The translations under genes were made by a program, and so were the position numbers. Under the pieces are notes generated by a model, which saw nothing but the letters and a program-made list of their open reading frames with translations, was not told where the DNA came from and did no database searches. From Myxococcaceae bacterium (lineage in GTDB: Bacteria; Myxococcota_A; Polyangia; Polyangiales; Ga0077539), in assembly GCA_004297725.1 (NCBI GenBank), contig SCUS01000042.1:1048-65047 (forward strand): 64,000 nucleotides of DNA, read 5' to 3'. Positions 27,673-36,469 of the stretch are shown piece after piece. Position 1 is the first letter of the stretch. The number at the start of each line of letters is the position of its first letter.

Positions 27673-28725
27673 ATGAGCCCTACGCCCCGGATCTCGAAGC
27701 CGCGCGCGCTCCTTCTTGGCTCGAGCGGCTTCGTCGGGATCAACGTCGCAGACGCCCTTCGCGCGGAGGGGCACCACGTCGCCGGGGCCTACCGGGGACG
27801 CGCGCCGGCCTTCTTCGTCCGGGGGCGCCTCGACGAGACGGTCGCGGCGGACCTCGCCGACCCGGGCTCGCTGCGCGCGGCCATGAGCGGGCGCGACGTG
27901 GTGTTTCACGCGGCGGGGCACTACCCGCGCTACTCCCTCGACCGGGTCGGAGCGATCGCGACGGCGCTGCGGGAGACGCGCAACGTGCTCGACGCCGCGA
28001 AGTCCGCGGGGGTGCGGCGCGTCGTCTACACGTCCTCGATCGGCGTGCTCGAGCGAGGCAGCGGGGCCGCCGCCGCGGAGGACGACGTCTCCCCGGAGGC
28101 TCCGGCGAGCTCGGTCTACCGCGCGGTGAAGTGGCACATGGAGCGCGCGGTGAGCGACGCCCGGCGCGGTGGCCTCGACGTCGTCGTGCTGCGCCCGGGC
28201 GGGTGTCTCGGGCCCTGGGACATGCACGTCGGCACCGGCGGCGTGGTGGTGGCGGTGGTCCGCGGCGCGGTCTCCTGGTGGGTCGACGGGCTCGTGCACA
28301 TGGTCGACGTGAGGGATGTCGCGCGAGCCCACGTGGCCGCGCTTGTCGCGCCTGCGCAGCGTACCTACAACCTCGCCGGCCACGGAGTGCGGGTCTCCGC
28401 GCTCCTGCGCGGCATCGCGAAGCGCTACGGCGGCGCGGTGCCCGAGCGCTCTCTCGCTCCCGACGCGGCCCTCGCTCGCGCTGACGACGAGGAGCGCGCC
28501 GCGGCCCCGGTTCGAGGCCGCGTGGTGTTTCCGCGCGAGCTCGTCGACATCGCCCTCTCCGGGGCGCCGGTCTCCGACGACCTCGCCCGGCGCGAGCTCG
28601 GCTTCGACCCGCGCCCGCTCGACGAGGCGCTCGACGCGTCCGTCGCCTGGTTTCGACGCACCGGCCACCTGCCGTCCCCGGCGCCGCATCCGGCGGCGCT
28701 CGAACTCTCCCAACGACCCTCATGA
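27673..28725 (+). CDS. NAD(P)-dependent epimerase/dehydratase-family (extended SDR, DFR/HpnA-like) reductase
   Basis: Rossmann motif ALLLGSSGFVGINV about 12 aa from the chosen ATG. Catalytic YxxxK (SVYRAVKWHME). The alternative start ATG 27643 adds 10 aa. Confidence 0.8.
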   Translation: MSPTPRISKPRALLLGSSGFVGINVADALRAEGHHVAGAYRGRAPAFFVRGRLDETVAADLADPGSLRAAMSGRDVVFHAAGHYPRYSLDRVGAIATALRETRNVLDAAKSAGVRRVVYTSSIGVLERGSGAAAAEDDVSPEAPASSVYRAVKWHMERAVSDARRGGLDVVVLRPGGCLGPWDMHVGTGGVVVAVVRGAVSWWVDGLVHMVDVRDVARAHVAALVAPAQRTYNLAGHGVRVSALLRGIAKRYGGAVPERSLAPDAALARADDEERAAAPVRGRVVFPRELVDIALSGAPVSDDLARRELGFDPRPLDEALDASVAWFRRTGHLPSPAPHPAALELSQRPS

Positions 28726-28741
28726 AAGCGCGATCGCACCG

Positions 28742-29038
28742 ATGACCACCAACGCCCTGCTCGTCGACCCCGCAGCCCGTGCCGTCCTGTCCGATGACCA
28801 GATCCGCGCGCGCGCCGTCCATCTCCTGGCGACCATCCTCGAGCGCGACCCCGAGACGGTGCAGCAGGCGCACTCGCTCCGCGCCGACCTCGGCATGGAC
28901 TCGCTGAGCGCGCTGGAGTTTCTCTCGTCGCTGAGCCACGAGTTCGACATCGACCTGGAGGTCGAGGAGACCTACGGGCTCACCACCCTCAACGAGGTGG
29001 TGGCGCTCGTCACCCAGAGGGTGCGGGGGTCGCTGTGA
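28742..29038 (+). CDS. Acyl carrier protein (stand-alone)
   Basis: 98 aa with the phosphopantetheine attachment motif DLGMDSLSALEF. Only the 3' third of track ORF 28316-29038 is coding. Confidence 0.85.
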   Translation: MTTNALLVDPAARAVLSDDQIRARAVHLLATILERDPETVQQAHSLRADLGMDSLSALEFLSSLSHEFDIDLEVEETYGLTTLNEVVALVTQRVRGSL

Positions 29039-30540
29039 ACGTCGCGGCCGACGCCCCGACCGACGGCGAGGTCATGGGCCTGCTCATCGAGGAGACCCGT
29101 CGCTTCCTCGCGCGTGAGGTCGACCCCGCCGCGATCGAGGCGAGCGGCCGCATCCCTGATCGCGTCGTCGCCGCGGCGGCCTCCGCGGGCCTCTTCGCGC
29201 TCACCCTCCCCGAGTCGCACGGCGGCCTCGGGTTGCCGCTCCGCTCGGCCGGCACCATCGTCGCGGAGCTCGCGAGGGTCGACCGCTCGGTGGCCACCAT
29301 GGTGGGCCTGCACGCCGGGCTCGGCACGCGCTCGCTGGTCGTCCATGGCAGCGACGCCCGGCGCGCCCGCTGGCTGCCCGCGCTCGCCGAGGGGGAGCGC
29401 GTCGGCGCCTTCGGGGCCACCGAGGCGGGCGCTGGATCGGACCTCCAGGCGATTCGCACCGTCGCCCGCCCGGAGGGCTCCGGACTGCGCATCGACGGGG
29501 AGAAGTCGTACGTGACCAACGGCGGCTTCGCGGGCCTCTACACCCTGCTCGTGCGCACGCCGGGCCTCGGGGGCGAGCGATCGTTCTCGATGGTGTGCGT
29601 CCCTCGGGAGACCCCGGGGCTCTCCGTGGGCCCGGAGGAGGACAAGCTCGGGATACGGGCCTCGTCGACGGTGACCGTGCGGCTCGACGACGTCTACGTG
29701 CCCAGCGACCACCTCCTCGGCGCACCCGGCGCGGGCATGGACCTCGCGCACGAGGCCCTCGGCTGGGGCAGGGTGGTGATGGCCACGGGCTGCACCGGCA
29801 CCGCCCGGTACGCGCTCGACGCGACGCTGGCGCACGTGACCGCCAGGCGGCAGTTTCACCGGCCGATCGGGGACTTCGACGCCGTGCGTATGCAGGTGTC
29901 GACCATGGCCGCGACGCTCTTCGCGATGGAGTCGCTGGCCGACCGCGCCGCGTGCGCGGCGGAGGCCGGAGGCGACCTGACCGGACTCTCGGCGGCCGCG
30001 AAGGTCTTCTGCTCCGAAGGGGCCTTCGCGATCTGCGACGCGGCGCTGCAGCTCCACGGGGCCATGGGCTTCCTCGAGCAGACGGGCGTCGCCCGGGCGC
30101 TGCGCGACTGCCGCATCACCCGGATCTTCGAGGGCGCCAACGACGTCCTGCTGGTGCACCTGGGCGCCGGGCTTCTGGTCGCCAGGGCCCGCCCGGAGGC
30201 GCCGTCGAGCGGTCACCCGGCCTTCGACGAGTTCGAGCGGCGCCTCTCCCGGCTGGTGGCGGAGAACCGCGCCGAGTTCGGGATTCGCGGCACCCAGCGG
30301 CAGCTTCTCACCTCGCGCCTGGCGCGGGCGGAGGTGTGCGCCCTGGCCGCGCGCGCCTCGCTCGACCGGGCGGCGACCGATCCGGAGAGCGCCGAGCTCG
30401 CTGCCTTCGCCGTCGAGCAGCTCACCCGCGAGGGCCATCGGCAGCTCGACGCGCTGCGTTTCATCCAAGAGGACGAGCGGGCCGCTGCCTCGCTCTCCAA
30501 GCGTTCTTACTCGCCCTGGGCGAGCGGGAGGTCTGCGTGA
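29035..30540 (+). CDS. Acyl-CoA/acyl-ACP dehydrogenase (long form with C-terminal extension)
   Basis: ACAD motifs GAFGATEAGAGSDL, YVTNGG and catalytic-base context RITRIFEGANDVL. The GTG start overlaps the ACP stop (GTGA at 29035-29038). Confidence 0.9.
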   Translation: MNVAADAPTDGEVMGLLIEETRRFLAREVDPAAIEASGRIPDRVVAAAASAGLFALTLPESHGGLGLPLRSAGTIVAELARVDRSVATMVGLHAGLGTRSLVVHGSDARRARWLPALAEGERVGAFGATEAGAGSDLQAIRTVARPEGSGLRIDGEKSYVTNGGFAGLYTLLVRTPGLGGERSFSMVCVPRETPGLSVGPEEDKLGIRASSTVTVRLDDVYVPSDHLLGAPGAGMDLAHEALGWGRVVMATGCTGTARYALDATLAHVTARRQFHRPIGDFDAVRMQVSTMAATLFAMESLADRAACAAEAGGDLTGLSAAAKVFCSEGAFAICDAALQLHGAMGFLEQTGVARALRDCRITRIFEGANDVLLVHLGAGLLVARARPEAPSSGHPAFDEFERRLSRLVAENRAEFGIRGTQRQLLTSRLARAEVCALAARASLDRAATDPESAELAAFAVEQLTREGHRQLDALRFIQEDERAAASLSKRSYSPWASGRSA

Positions 30541-31829
30541 AGATTCGTTTCGTCTATGCCCGCTTCGAGCGCCACGCCGACGCGCATCCGGAGCTTCGTA
30601 CCTTCGTCTCCGCCAACGAGTACTTCGGCCCGCCGTCGCTCGGCATCGCGAGCCTCGCGGCGGTCACTCCGCCGGACTGGGAGTTCGACTTCCGCGACGA
30701 CCGCGTCGACGACGTGGGCTTCGACGACGACGTCGACCTCGTGGCCATCTCCTGCTTCACCCCTTCGGCGAAGCGGGCGATGGAGATCGCCGACGGCTTC
30801 CGCGCCCGCGGCCGCACCGTGGTGATGGGGGGAATCTTCCCGACGATGCGCCCCGCGGAGGCGGGCGAGCACGCCGACGCCGTGGTCACCGGCGAGGGCG
30901 AGGTCGCGTGGCTGGAGCTGCTCTCGGACTTCCGCCGCAAGGCGCTCAAGCCGCGATACAACGGCGAGACCCCGGCGGATCTCTCGAAGCTGCCGGTGCC
31001 GCGCCTCGACCTCTACTGGGGGCGCGAGACCGAGAGCTACCACCCCGACGACTTCCCGGTGCAGCTCACCCGAGGCTGCCCGCTGCGGTGCGACGCCTGC
31101 GTGCTGCCCACGAGCATGGGCCGGCCGATGCGCCACCTGCCCATCGAGCACGTGCTCGGTCAGCTCCGGCAGATCGCGGAGCGAGGGCGCCTCGGGTCGC
31201 TCACCGAGGACACGAGCTTCCTCCCGGTCGCGGGCGCGCAGAAGCACCTGGGCGAGGTGCTCGACGCCATCGCCTCGGAGGACCTGCGCTGCGTGAGCTA
31301 CGTGGGCACCAGCATGCCCATGCTCCTCGCGACGCCGTCGTGGCTCTGGGACAAGCTCAGCAACGCGGGCGTACGGATGTTCTACCTGGTGGGCGGCTTC
31401 GACCCCATCACCCGCCGCGCCTTCAGCGGCGAAGACCCGGTGGCCTACCGCAAGGCCGTCGACGCCATCCGGCGAGCGCGCGACCACGGGATCGATCCGT
31501 ACACGTCGTTCATGGTCGGCAACGAGGGCGACGACGACGGGGTCTTCGACCGCATGCTGGAGTTCTCCGAAGCGGCGAACGTGCGCAAGGCGGAGTTCGC
31601 GATCTTCACCCCGTACCCCGGCACCCCCTCGTGGGATCGCCTGCGCGCCGAGGGGCGGATCCTCCACTGCGACTGGTCGAAGTACAACGACGCCAACGTG
31701 GTGTTCCGCCCGGCGAAGATGAGCCCCGAGCGGCTGCTGGAGGGCTACCTCCACCTCTGGCGCGAGTTCTACCGGGCTCGCCCTTCGATCCAGAACTCCG
31801 ACTACGCCGCGCGGACGGTGCAGTTCTAG
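30537..31829 (+). CDS. B12-binding-domain radical SAM protein (class B rSAM)
   Basis: N-terminal Rossmann-like B12-binding-type domain (DLVAISCFTPSAKRAMEIADGFRARGRTVVMGGIFPT). CxxxCxxC cluster TRGCPLRCDACVLP. The GTG start overlaps the ACAD stop (GTGA at 30537-30540). Confidence 0.85.
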   Translation: MKIRFVYARFERHADAHPELRTFVSANEYFGPPSLGIASLAAVTPPDWEFDFRDDRVDDVGFDDDVDLVAISCFTPSAKRAMEIADGFRARGRTVVMGGIFPTMRPAEAGEHADAVVTGEGEVAWLELLSDFRRKALKPRYNGETPADLSKLPVPRLDLYWGRETESYHPDDFPVQLTRGCPLRCDACVLPTSMGRPMRHLPIEHVLGQLRQIAERGRLGSLTEDTSFLPVAGAQKHLGEVLDAIASEDLRCVSYVGTSMPMLLATPSWLWDKLSNAGVRMFYLVGGFDPITRRAFSGEDPVAYRKAVDAIRRARDHGIDPYTSFMVGNEGDDDGVFDRMLEFSEAANVRKAEFAIFTPYPGTPSWDRLRAEGRILHCDWSKYNDANVVFRPAKMSPERLLEGYLHLWREFYRARPSIQNSDYAARTVQF

Positions 31830-31841
31830 CGAGGCGACGCG

Positions 31842-32729
31842 ATGAGCCATCCTGCCCACGCCGACGAGCTGCTCGACCTGGCGACGTGCCCGGCCGATCG
31901 GCTCTGGCGCTACCCGATCAGCCGCCTGCTCGTGGGGCCCCTCATGGGCACCCCCGTCACCCCGAAGCACGTGACGGTGTTCCACACGATCATGGCCGTG
32001 CTCGCGGGCGGCATCATCACGCTCGGGACCCCGCGGGCCCTCTTCGTCGCGGGGCTGCTCTTCGAGGGCAGGGCGATCCTCGACTGCCTCGACGGCGAGC
32101 TCGCCCGCGCGAAGAAGCTCTGCTCCCCCGCCGGCCGGGCGCTCGATCAGCTCGGTGACACCATCGGCTTCGCGTCGCTCATGATCGGCGGCTTCGTGTG
32201 CCTGTCTCGGGCCCACGGCCCCGCCGCGGCGGCGGTGCTGGTGCTGGCCACCGCGCTCATCGCCGCGAGCGGCTCGGCCGCCTGGGACTACTTCCGTCGC
32301 TCGCTCTCCTCGCTCCTCACCTGCGGCTACGACACCACCGCGGAGGAGCACCAGGCGCTGCGGCGCTCCTCCGACGCGCGCTCTCCCGCCGTGCTCCAGA
32401 TGAGCCGCATCGTCGACGGCTTCCAGTGGTGCGTGCTCGGCCCGCCGACGGCTCCGTGGCAGCGGGCGAGCGCCGGGCACTCGATGACCCCGCTGGGCCG
32501 CGCGGTGCAGGACGCCGCGGAGCGCGACGACCCCGCGCTGCGCTCGCTGCTCTGGAAGGTGGGCTTCGTCGGCGGCGACAACATCCTCATGCTGCTCACC
32601 GCGTCGCTGCTGCTCGGGCGCTTCGTCGAGGCCTTTCCGCTGGTGATCGTCTGGGGCATCGCCATCTGGGCGTATACGGTGTCGACGGTGAACCGCTACC
32701 TGCAACAAGGCTCTCGCCCGCGCGCATGA
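31842..32729 (+). CDS. CDP-alcohol phosphatidyltransferase family protein
   Basis: Exact family signature D-x2-DG-x2-AR-x8-G-x3-D-x3-D (DCLDGELARAKKLCSPAGRALDQLGD). Multi-TM protein. Confidence 0.85.
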   Translation: MSHPAHADELLDLATCPADRLWRYPISRLLVGPLMGTPVTPKHVTVFHTIMAVLAGGIITLGTPRALFVAGLLFEGRAILDCLDGELARAKKLCSPAGRALDQLGDTIGFASLMIGGFVCLSRAHGPAAAAVLVLATALIAASGSAAWDYFRRSLSSLLTCGYDTTAEEHQALRRSSDARSPAVLQMSRIVDGFQWCVLGPPTAPWQRASAGHSMTPLGRAVQDAAERDDPALRSLLWKVGFVGGDNILMLLTASLLLGRFVEAFPLVIVWGIAIWAYTVSTVNRYLQQGSRPRA

Positions 32730-33868
32730 ACCCCCCTCCGATGCACCTCACCGCCCACGACCGCCTGCGGTCGCAGGGCGTCGCGATCGCCCGCTGGCTC
32801 CTGGCGTGCGCCCTCCTGTGCTTCCTCATGCTGGTGATCGGCGGGCTCACCCGGCTCACCGGCTCCGGGCTCTCGATCGTCGAGTGGCGCCCGGTCACCG
32901 GGGCCGTGCCGCCGCTCGATCTGCGCGACTGGGCCGTGCTCTTCGAGCAGTACCGGCAGTCGCCGCAGTTTCGTATCGAGAACGCCCACATGACCCTGGA
33001 GGGCTTCCGGCGCATCTTCTGGTGGGAGTACATCCACCGCCTGATGGGGCGGGTCACGGGCCTTGTGTTCGCGCTCCCGCTGCTCTGGTTCTGGCGCAAG
33101 GGTCAGCTCCCGGCGGCGCTTCGGGTGCGGCTCCCGGCGATCTTCGCCCTCGGCGCGGCGCAGGGCGTGATGGGCTGGCTGATGGTCAAGAGCGGGCTGG
33201 TCGACGACCCCAGGGTGAGCCCGGTGCGCCTGGCGCTGCACCTCGGCCTGGCCTTCGTGCTGGTGGGGCTCCTGGTGCGCACGGCGCTCACGGTGCGTGA
33301 GGGAGCGGCCCATGCGCCGAAGCCTCCGTCGGCGCTGTCGCGCTCGGCGGATGTCCTCGCGGCGACGGTCTTCGTGATGGCGCTCTCCGGCGCGCTGGTG
33401 GCGGGCAACCACGCGGGGCTCGCGTTCAACACCTGGCCCCTGATGGCGGGGAGCCTGGTGCCGGCGGGGCTCTTCCCGATCCAGCCCTGGTACCTCGGGG
33501 CGCTGCTCGACGTGACCACGGTGCAGTTCGACCACCGGGCGCTCGCCCTGGTGCTCGCGCTCGCGGTGCCGGGCTTCTGGATCGCCTCGCTCCGCGCGCC
33601 CATCGACCGGCGCTCCCGGCGGTGGTGCCACCTGGTGATGGCGACCTTCGTCGCCCAGTTCTCGCTCGGCGTCGCGACGCTGCTCCTCGCGGTGCCGATC
33701 GCTCTCGCGTCGCTGCATCAGGCCAACTCGATGCTGTTCTTCGTCGCGACGCTGGGCGCCGGGCACGCGCTGCGTCGCTCGCCGACGGTCGAGCTGCAAG
33801 ACCTGGCGCCACCGGACGCAATCGCCCATCACGGCGAGCCCGATGGCGGTGATAGCGTCGAGGCATGA
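32726..33868 (+). CDS. ctaA: Heme A synthase (COX15/CtaA)
   Basis: Motifs LMLVIGGLTRLTGSGLSIVEWRPVTG, WEYIHRLMGR and QFDHR. Eight TM-like segments. The ATG overlaps the upstream stop (ATGA at 32726-32729). Only the 3' two thirds of track ORF 32198-33868 is coding. Confidence 0.9.
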   Translation: MNPPPMHLTAHDRLRSQGVAIARWLLACALLCFLMLVIGGLTRLTGSGLSIVEWRPVTGAVPPLDLRDWAVLFEQYRQSPQFRIENAHMTLEGFRRIFWWEYIHRLMGRVTGLVFALPLLWFWRKGQLPAALRVRLPAIFALGAAQGVMGWLMVKSGLVDDPRVSPVRLALHLGLAFVLVGLLVRTALTVREGAAHAPKPPSALSRSADVLAATVFVMALSGALVAGNHAGLAFNTWPLMAGSLVPAGLFPIQPWYLGALLDVTTVQFDHRALALVLALAVPGFWIASLRAPIDRRSRRWCHLVMATFVAQFSLGVATLLLAVPIALASLHQANSMLFFVATLGAGHALRRSPTVELQDLAPPDAIAHHGEPDGGDSVEA

Positions 33869-36414
33869 GTGAGCGTGGTGCCCGTGCGCGGGCGTTGAAG
33901 GTCCTCTTCGCAGGTGTCCTCTCGTCGTGTGCGCCGACGGTGATCAGCGGCCCTCCCACCCCGGATGGATCGGTCGCCGATACCCCCGGGGTCCTCGACG
34001 CGCCGGGGGTCGACGCGGGCTCGATCGACGCGGCGCGCCTCGATCGCCCCGTCGTCGATGCGACGGAGATCGACGCCGGCAAGGTGCTCCCCGACGCCAG
34101 CGACGAGGACGGGGGCGGCGCTCCCGACGCGACGATCGACGACGTCGTGACGCCGACGGACAAGCCCGTCACCCCCGAAGACGTCGTGGCTCCGACCGAC
34201 GCGCCCATCCCGCCTGACGACGTCCCGGTCGTGCCGGTCGATGCGCCCGTGTCGAGCTGCGGCGTCCCCCTCCAGCGCGCCCTCTCGCTCCCCGCCGACC
34301 GCGCGATGGGCACCACCTCGGGCGCCGGTCGGCTCACCGCGATGTGCGCCCAGTCCGGTGGCCCCGAGCACGTCTATCCGCTCCGCGTCGCCGCCCGCAC
34401 CGGCGTGCAGCTCGCGGTCAACGCTCCCTTCGACTCGGTGCTCTCGATCCGCCGCGTGTGCGCCGATCCGACGAGCGAGGTCGCCTGCAACGACGACGTC
34501 CCCGGAGGCAACAACGCCTTCCTCCGTCGGGTGCTCGAGCCCGGCGACTACTCGGTGCTGGTCGATCAGTTCGGCCCCACCACGGGGACGGGCGGCGCGT
34601 ACTCCCTCGACCTCCGCTCGTATACGCCCGCGGACAACGCGGAGTGCGCGGCGGGCGTCGCGCTCTCGGCCGGCGCCCCCGTGATGGGCGACTCCACCTC
34701 CGGCGGCGCCTCGGGCACGGCGTGTCTCGGCGGCTCGTGGGGGCCGCAGCTCTTCTACACGGTGCGGGTCCCCGCCGGGCAGCGCGCGGTGGTGACCGCG
34801 ACCCCGGCTGGAGCTCCTGCCTGGTCGGCCGTGGTGCGCGCCCGCGCCGGATGCGCGGCGAACGCCTGCCTCGCCGCGGCGACCTCGCCCACGGCGGGTG
34901 CCCCTGCGGTGGCCCGATACGACAACCGCACCGCCGCCCCGGTCGACCTCTCGCTCTCGGTCGCGAGCACCAGCGGAACCTCCGGCGGCGCCTTCTCCCT
35001 CGGCCTCGCCTTCGAGCCGGCTCCGGCGGCCCCTGCCAACGCCGCGTGCGCGTCGGCGAGGGTGCTGACGGCCGGGGCGACGCTCACCGGCGAGGACGCC
35101 TCGCTGGCCTCCGCGCGGCTCGGCGGCGTGTGCGTCGCGGAGGCCCAGGGGGCCTCTCTCTTCTATCGCTTGAGCGTGCCTTCGAGGGCGACCGCGCTGG
35201 TCACCGCCACGCCGCGCGGGGGCTGGAACCCCGTGGTCCGCGCGCTCGACGCGTGCGACTCCCGGTCGTGCGCGGCGTCGTCCAGCACCGCGGGCGCCGA
35301 CCAGCCCGAGACGCTCACCTGGGTGAACCCCGACGCCACCGCGCGCGACATCGTGCTGGCCGTCGGCTCGCTGGAGCCCTCCAACGGCGGCCGCTTCGAC
35401 CTGAGCGCGACGATCGTTCCGGCCCCGTCCAACGTGAGCTGCGCCACGGCCGCCGTGGTGGCCAACGGGGCGCGGCTGACCTATCAGAACGCCGCCGTCG
35501 CGAGCGACAACGCCACCGGGGCCTGCCTCCCGGCCGCGACGGGGACGGCGCTCTGGTACCGCGCGGTGGTCCCCGCAGGGCAGACCCTGACCGCCCGCGC
35601 GACGCCGCTCGGGGCGATGGACGCGGTGGTGCGCGTGCTGTCCGCGTGCGGCGCCACGACCTGCCTCGCGAGCGCCAACACCGGCGCGGCGCGCGCGGCC
35701 GAGCGGGGGGAGTACACCAACACCACCGCGGGCGATCAGACGGTGCTGCTGGCCGTGGGCGGCGCGACCAACGCGACCAACGGGCTCTTCGACCTGGAGG
35801 TGTCCATCGCGCGGCAGTACCAGGAGTCCGTGGTGGTCACGGCCTGCGACGACATGGCCGCCGGGGTCCCCGTCATGGGCATCGCCGGCGACGACACGGT
35901 CTCCCCCGCGGTCGACCTGCCCTTCCCGGTGACCTTCTTCGGCCAGCGGATGCTCGAGTACAGCGTCTCGTCCAACGGGCTGCTGCAGCTCTTCCCCGCC
36001 ATCACCGGGGCGATGCCCAGCAACTCCTACGGCAACACGGCGATCCCCGATCGCGGCGTGCCCAACGGGTTCATCGCGGCGTTCTGGGATGACCTGCTCC
36101 CGGTGATGGGGTCGCGCGTGCTGACCCGCACCCTGGGCGTCGCGCCCGACCGCCGCTTCGTGGTGCAGTGGACGCAGTACGCGATCTACGGCGACGAGCG
36201 GGCGCGGCTGACCTTCCAGGCGAAGCTCTTCGAGGGCGCCGGAGCCATCGAGCTCCACTACTGCTCCATCACGCCGGGGGCGGACGCTCCGCGCGCCACG
36301 GGGTCTTCGGCCACCGTGGGCATCGAGTCGCCGGACGGATCGGCGGGACGGCAGCACTCCTTCAACGACCCGACGGGGATCAGCACCGCTCGCGCGATGC
36401 GCTTCGTCCCGTGA
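33865..36414 (+). CDS. Secreted lipoprotein with an Asp/Pro-rich linker, about five PPC-like modules and a C-terminal NIDO-like domain
   Basis: Lipobox VLSSC. The ATG overlaps the ctaA stop (ATGA at 33865-33868). The repeated ~125-aa modules are paralogous to 8260-10449. C-terminal segment FPVTFFGQRMLEYSVSSNGLLQLF...FIAAFWDDL. Confidence 0.75.
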   Translation: MSERGARARALKVLFAGVLSSCAPTVISGPPTPDGSVADTPGVLDAPGVDAGSIDAARLDRPVVDATEIDAGKVLPDASDEDGGGAPDATIDDVVTPTDKPVTPEDVVAPTDAPIPPDDVPVVPVDAPVSSCGVPLQRALSLPADRAMGTTSGAGRLTAMCAQSGGPEHVYPLRVAARTGVQLAVNAPFDSVLSIRRVCADPTSEVACNDDVPGGNNAFLRRVLEPGDYSVLVDQFGPTTGTGGAYSLDLRSYTPADNAECAAGVALSAGAPVMGDSTSGGASGTACLGGSWGPQLFYTVRVPAGQRAVVTATPAGAPAWSAVVRARAGCAANACLAAATSPTAGAPAVARYDNRTAAPVDLSLSVASTSGTSGGAFSLGLAFEPAPAAPANAACASARVLTAGATLTGEDASLASARLGGVCVAEAQGASLFYRLSVPSRATALVTATPRGGWNPVVRALDACDSRSCAASSSTAGADQPETLTWVNPDATARDIVLAVGSLEPSNGGRFDLSATIVPAPSNVSCATAAVVANGARLTYQNAAVASDNATGACLPAATGTALWYRAVVPAGQTLTARATPLGAMDAVVRVLSACGATTCLASANTGAARAAERGEYTNTTAGDQTVLLAVGGATNATNGLFDLEVSIARQYQESVVVTACDDMAAGVPVMGIAGDDTVSPAVDLPFPVTFFGQRMLEYSVSSNGLLQLFPAITGAMPSNSYGNTAIPDRGVPNGFIAAFWDDLLPVMGSRVLTRTLGVAPDRRFVVQWTQYAIYGDERARLTFQAKLFEGAGAIELHYCSITPGADAPRATGSSATVGIESPDGSAGRQHSFNDPTGISTARAMRFVP

Positions 36415-36421
36415 CCTCTGC

Positions 36422-36461
36422 CCGAGCGCGGCGTCCGTCCCGCCGGGGCGGCGCCGCTCGG
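36422..36461. terminator. GC-rich hairpin between convergent genes (possible bidirectional terminator)
   Basis: CCGAGCGCGGCG (36422-36433) pairs imperfectly with CGCCGCTCGG (36452-36461). There is no clear U-tract. Confidence 0.25.
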
Positions 36462-36469
36462 TCCCTCGA

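Noticed and set aside
28316-28741. The N-terminal two thirds of track ORF 28316-29038, and likewise 29595-30536 and 32198-32725 of the ORFs ending in the rSAM and ctaA genes.
   Set aside because: These extensions overlap upstream genes in another frame and are Ser/Arg/Pro-rich. The real starts are marked by GTGA/ATGA overlaps and by where the family-typical sequence begins.
27740-32708. Long minus-strand ORFs across the lipid cluster (27740-28939, 27634-28713, 28972-30468, 30507-32708).
   Set aside because: All are antisense to genes with exact catalytic signatures on the plus strand and are Arg-rich and featureless.
33829-36357. 842-aa minus-strand ORF antisense to the PPC/NIDO-like lipoprotein gene.
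   Set aside because: The translation is Arg/Gly/Ala-rich with no motifs.
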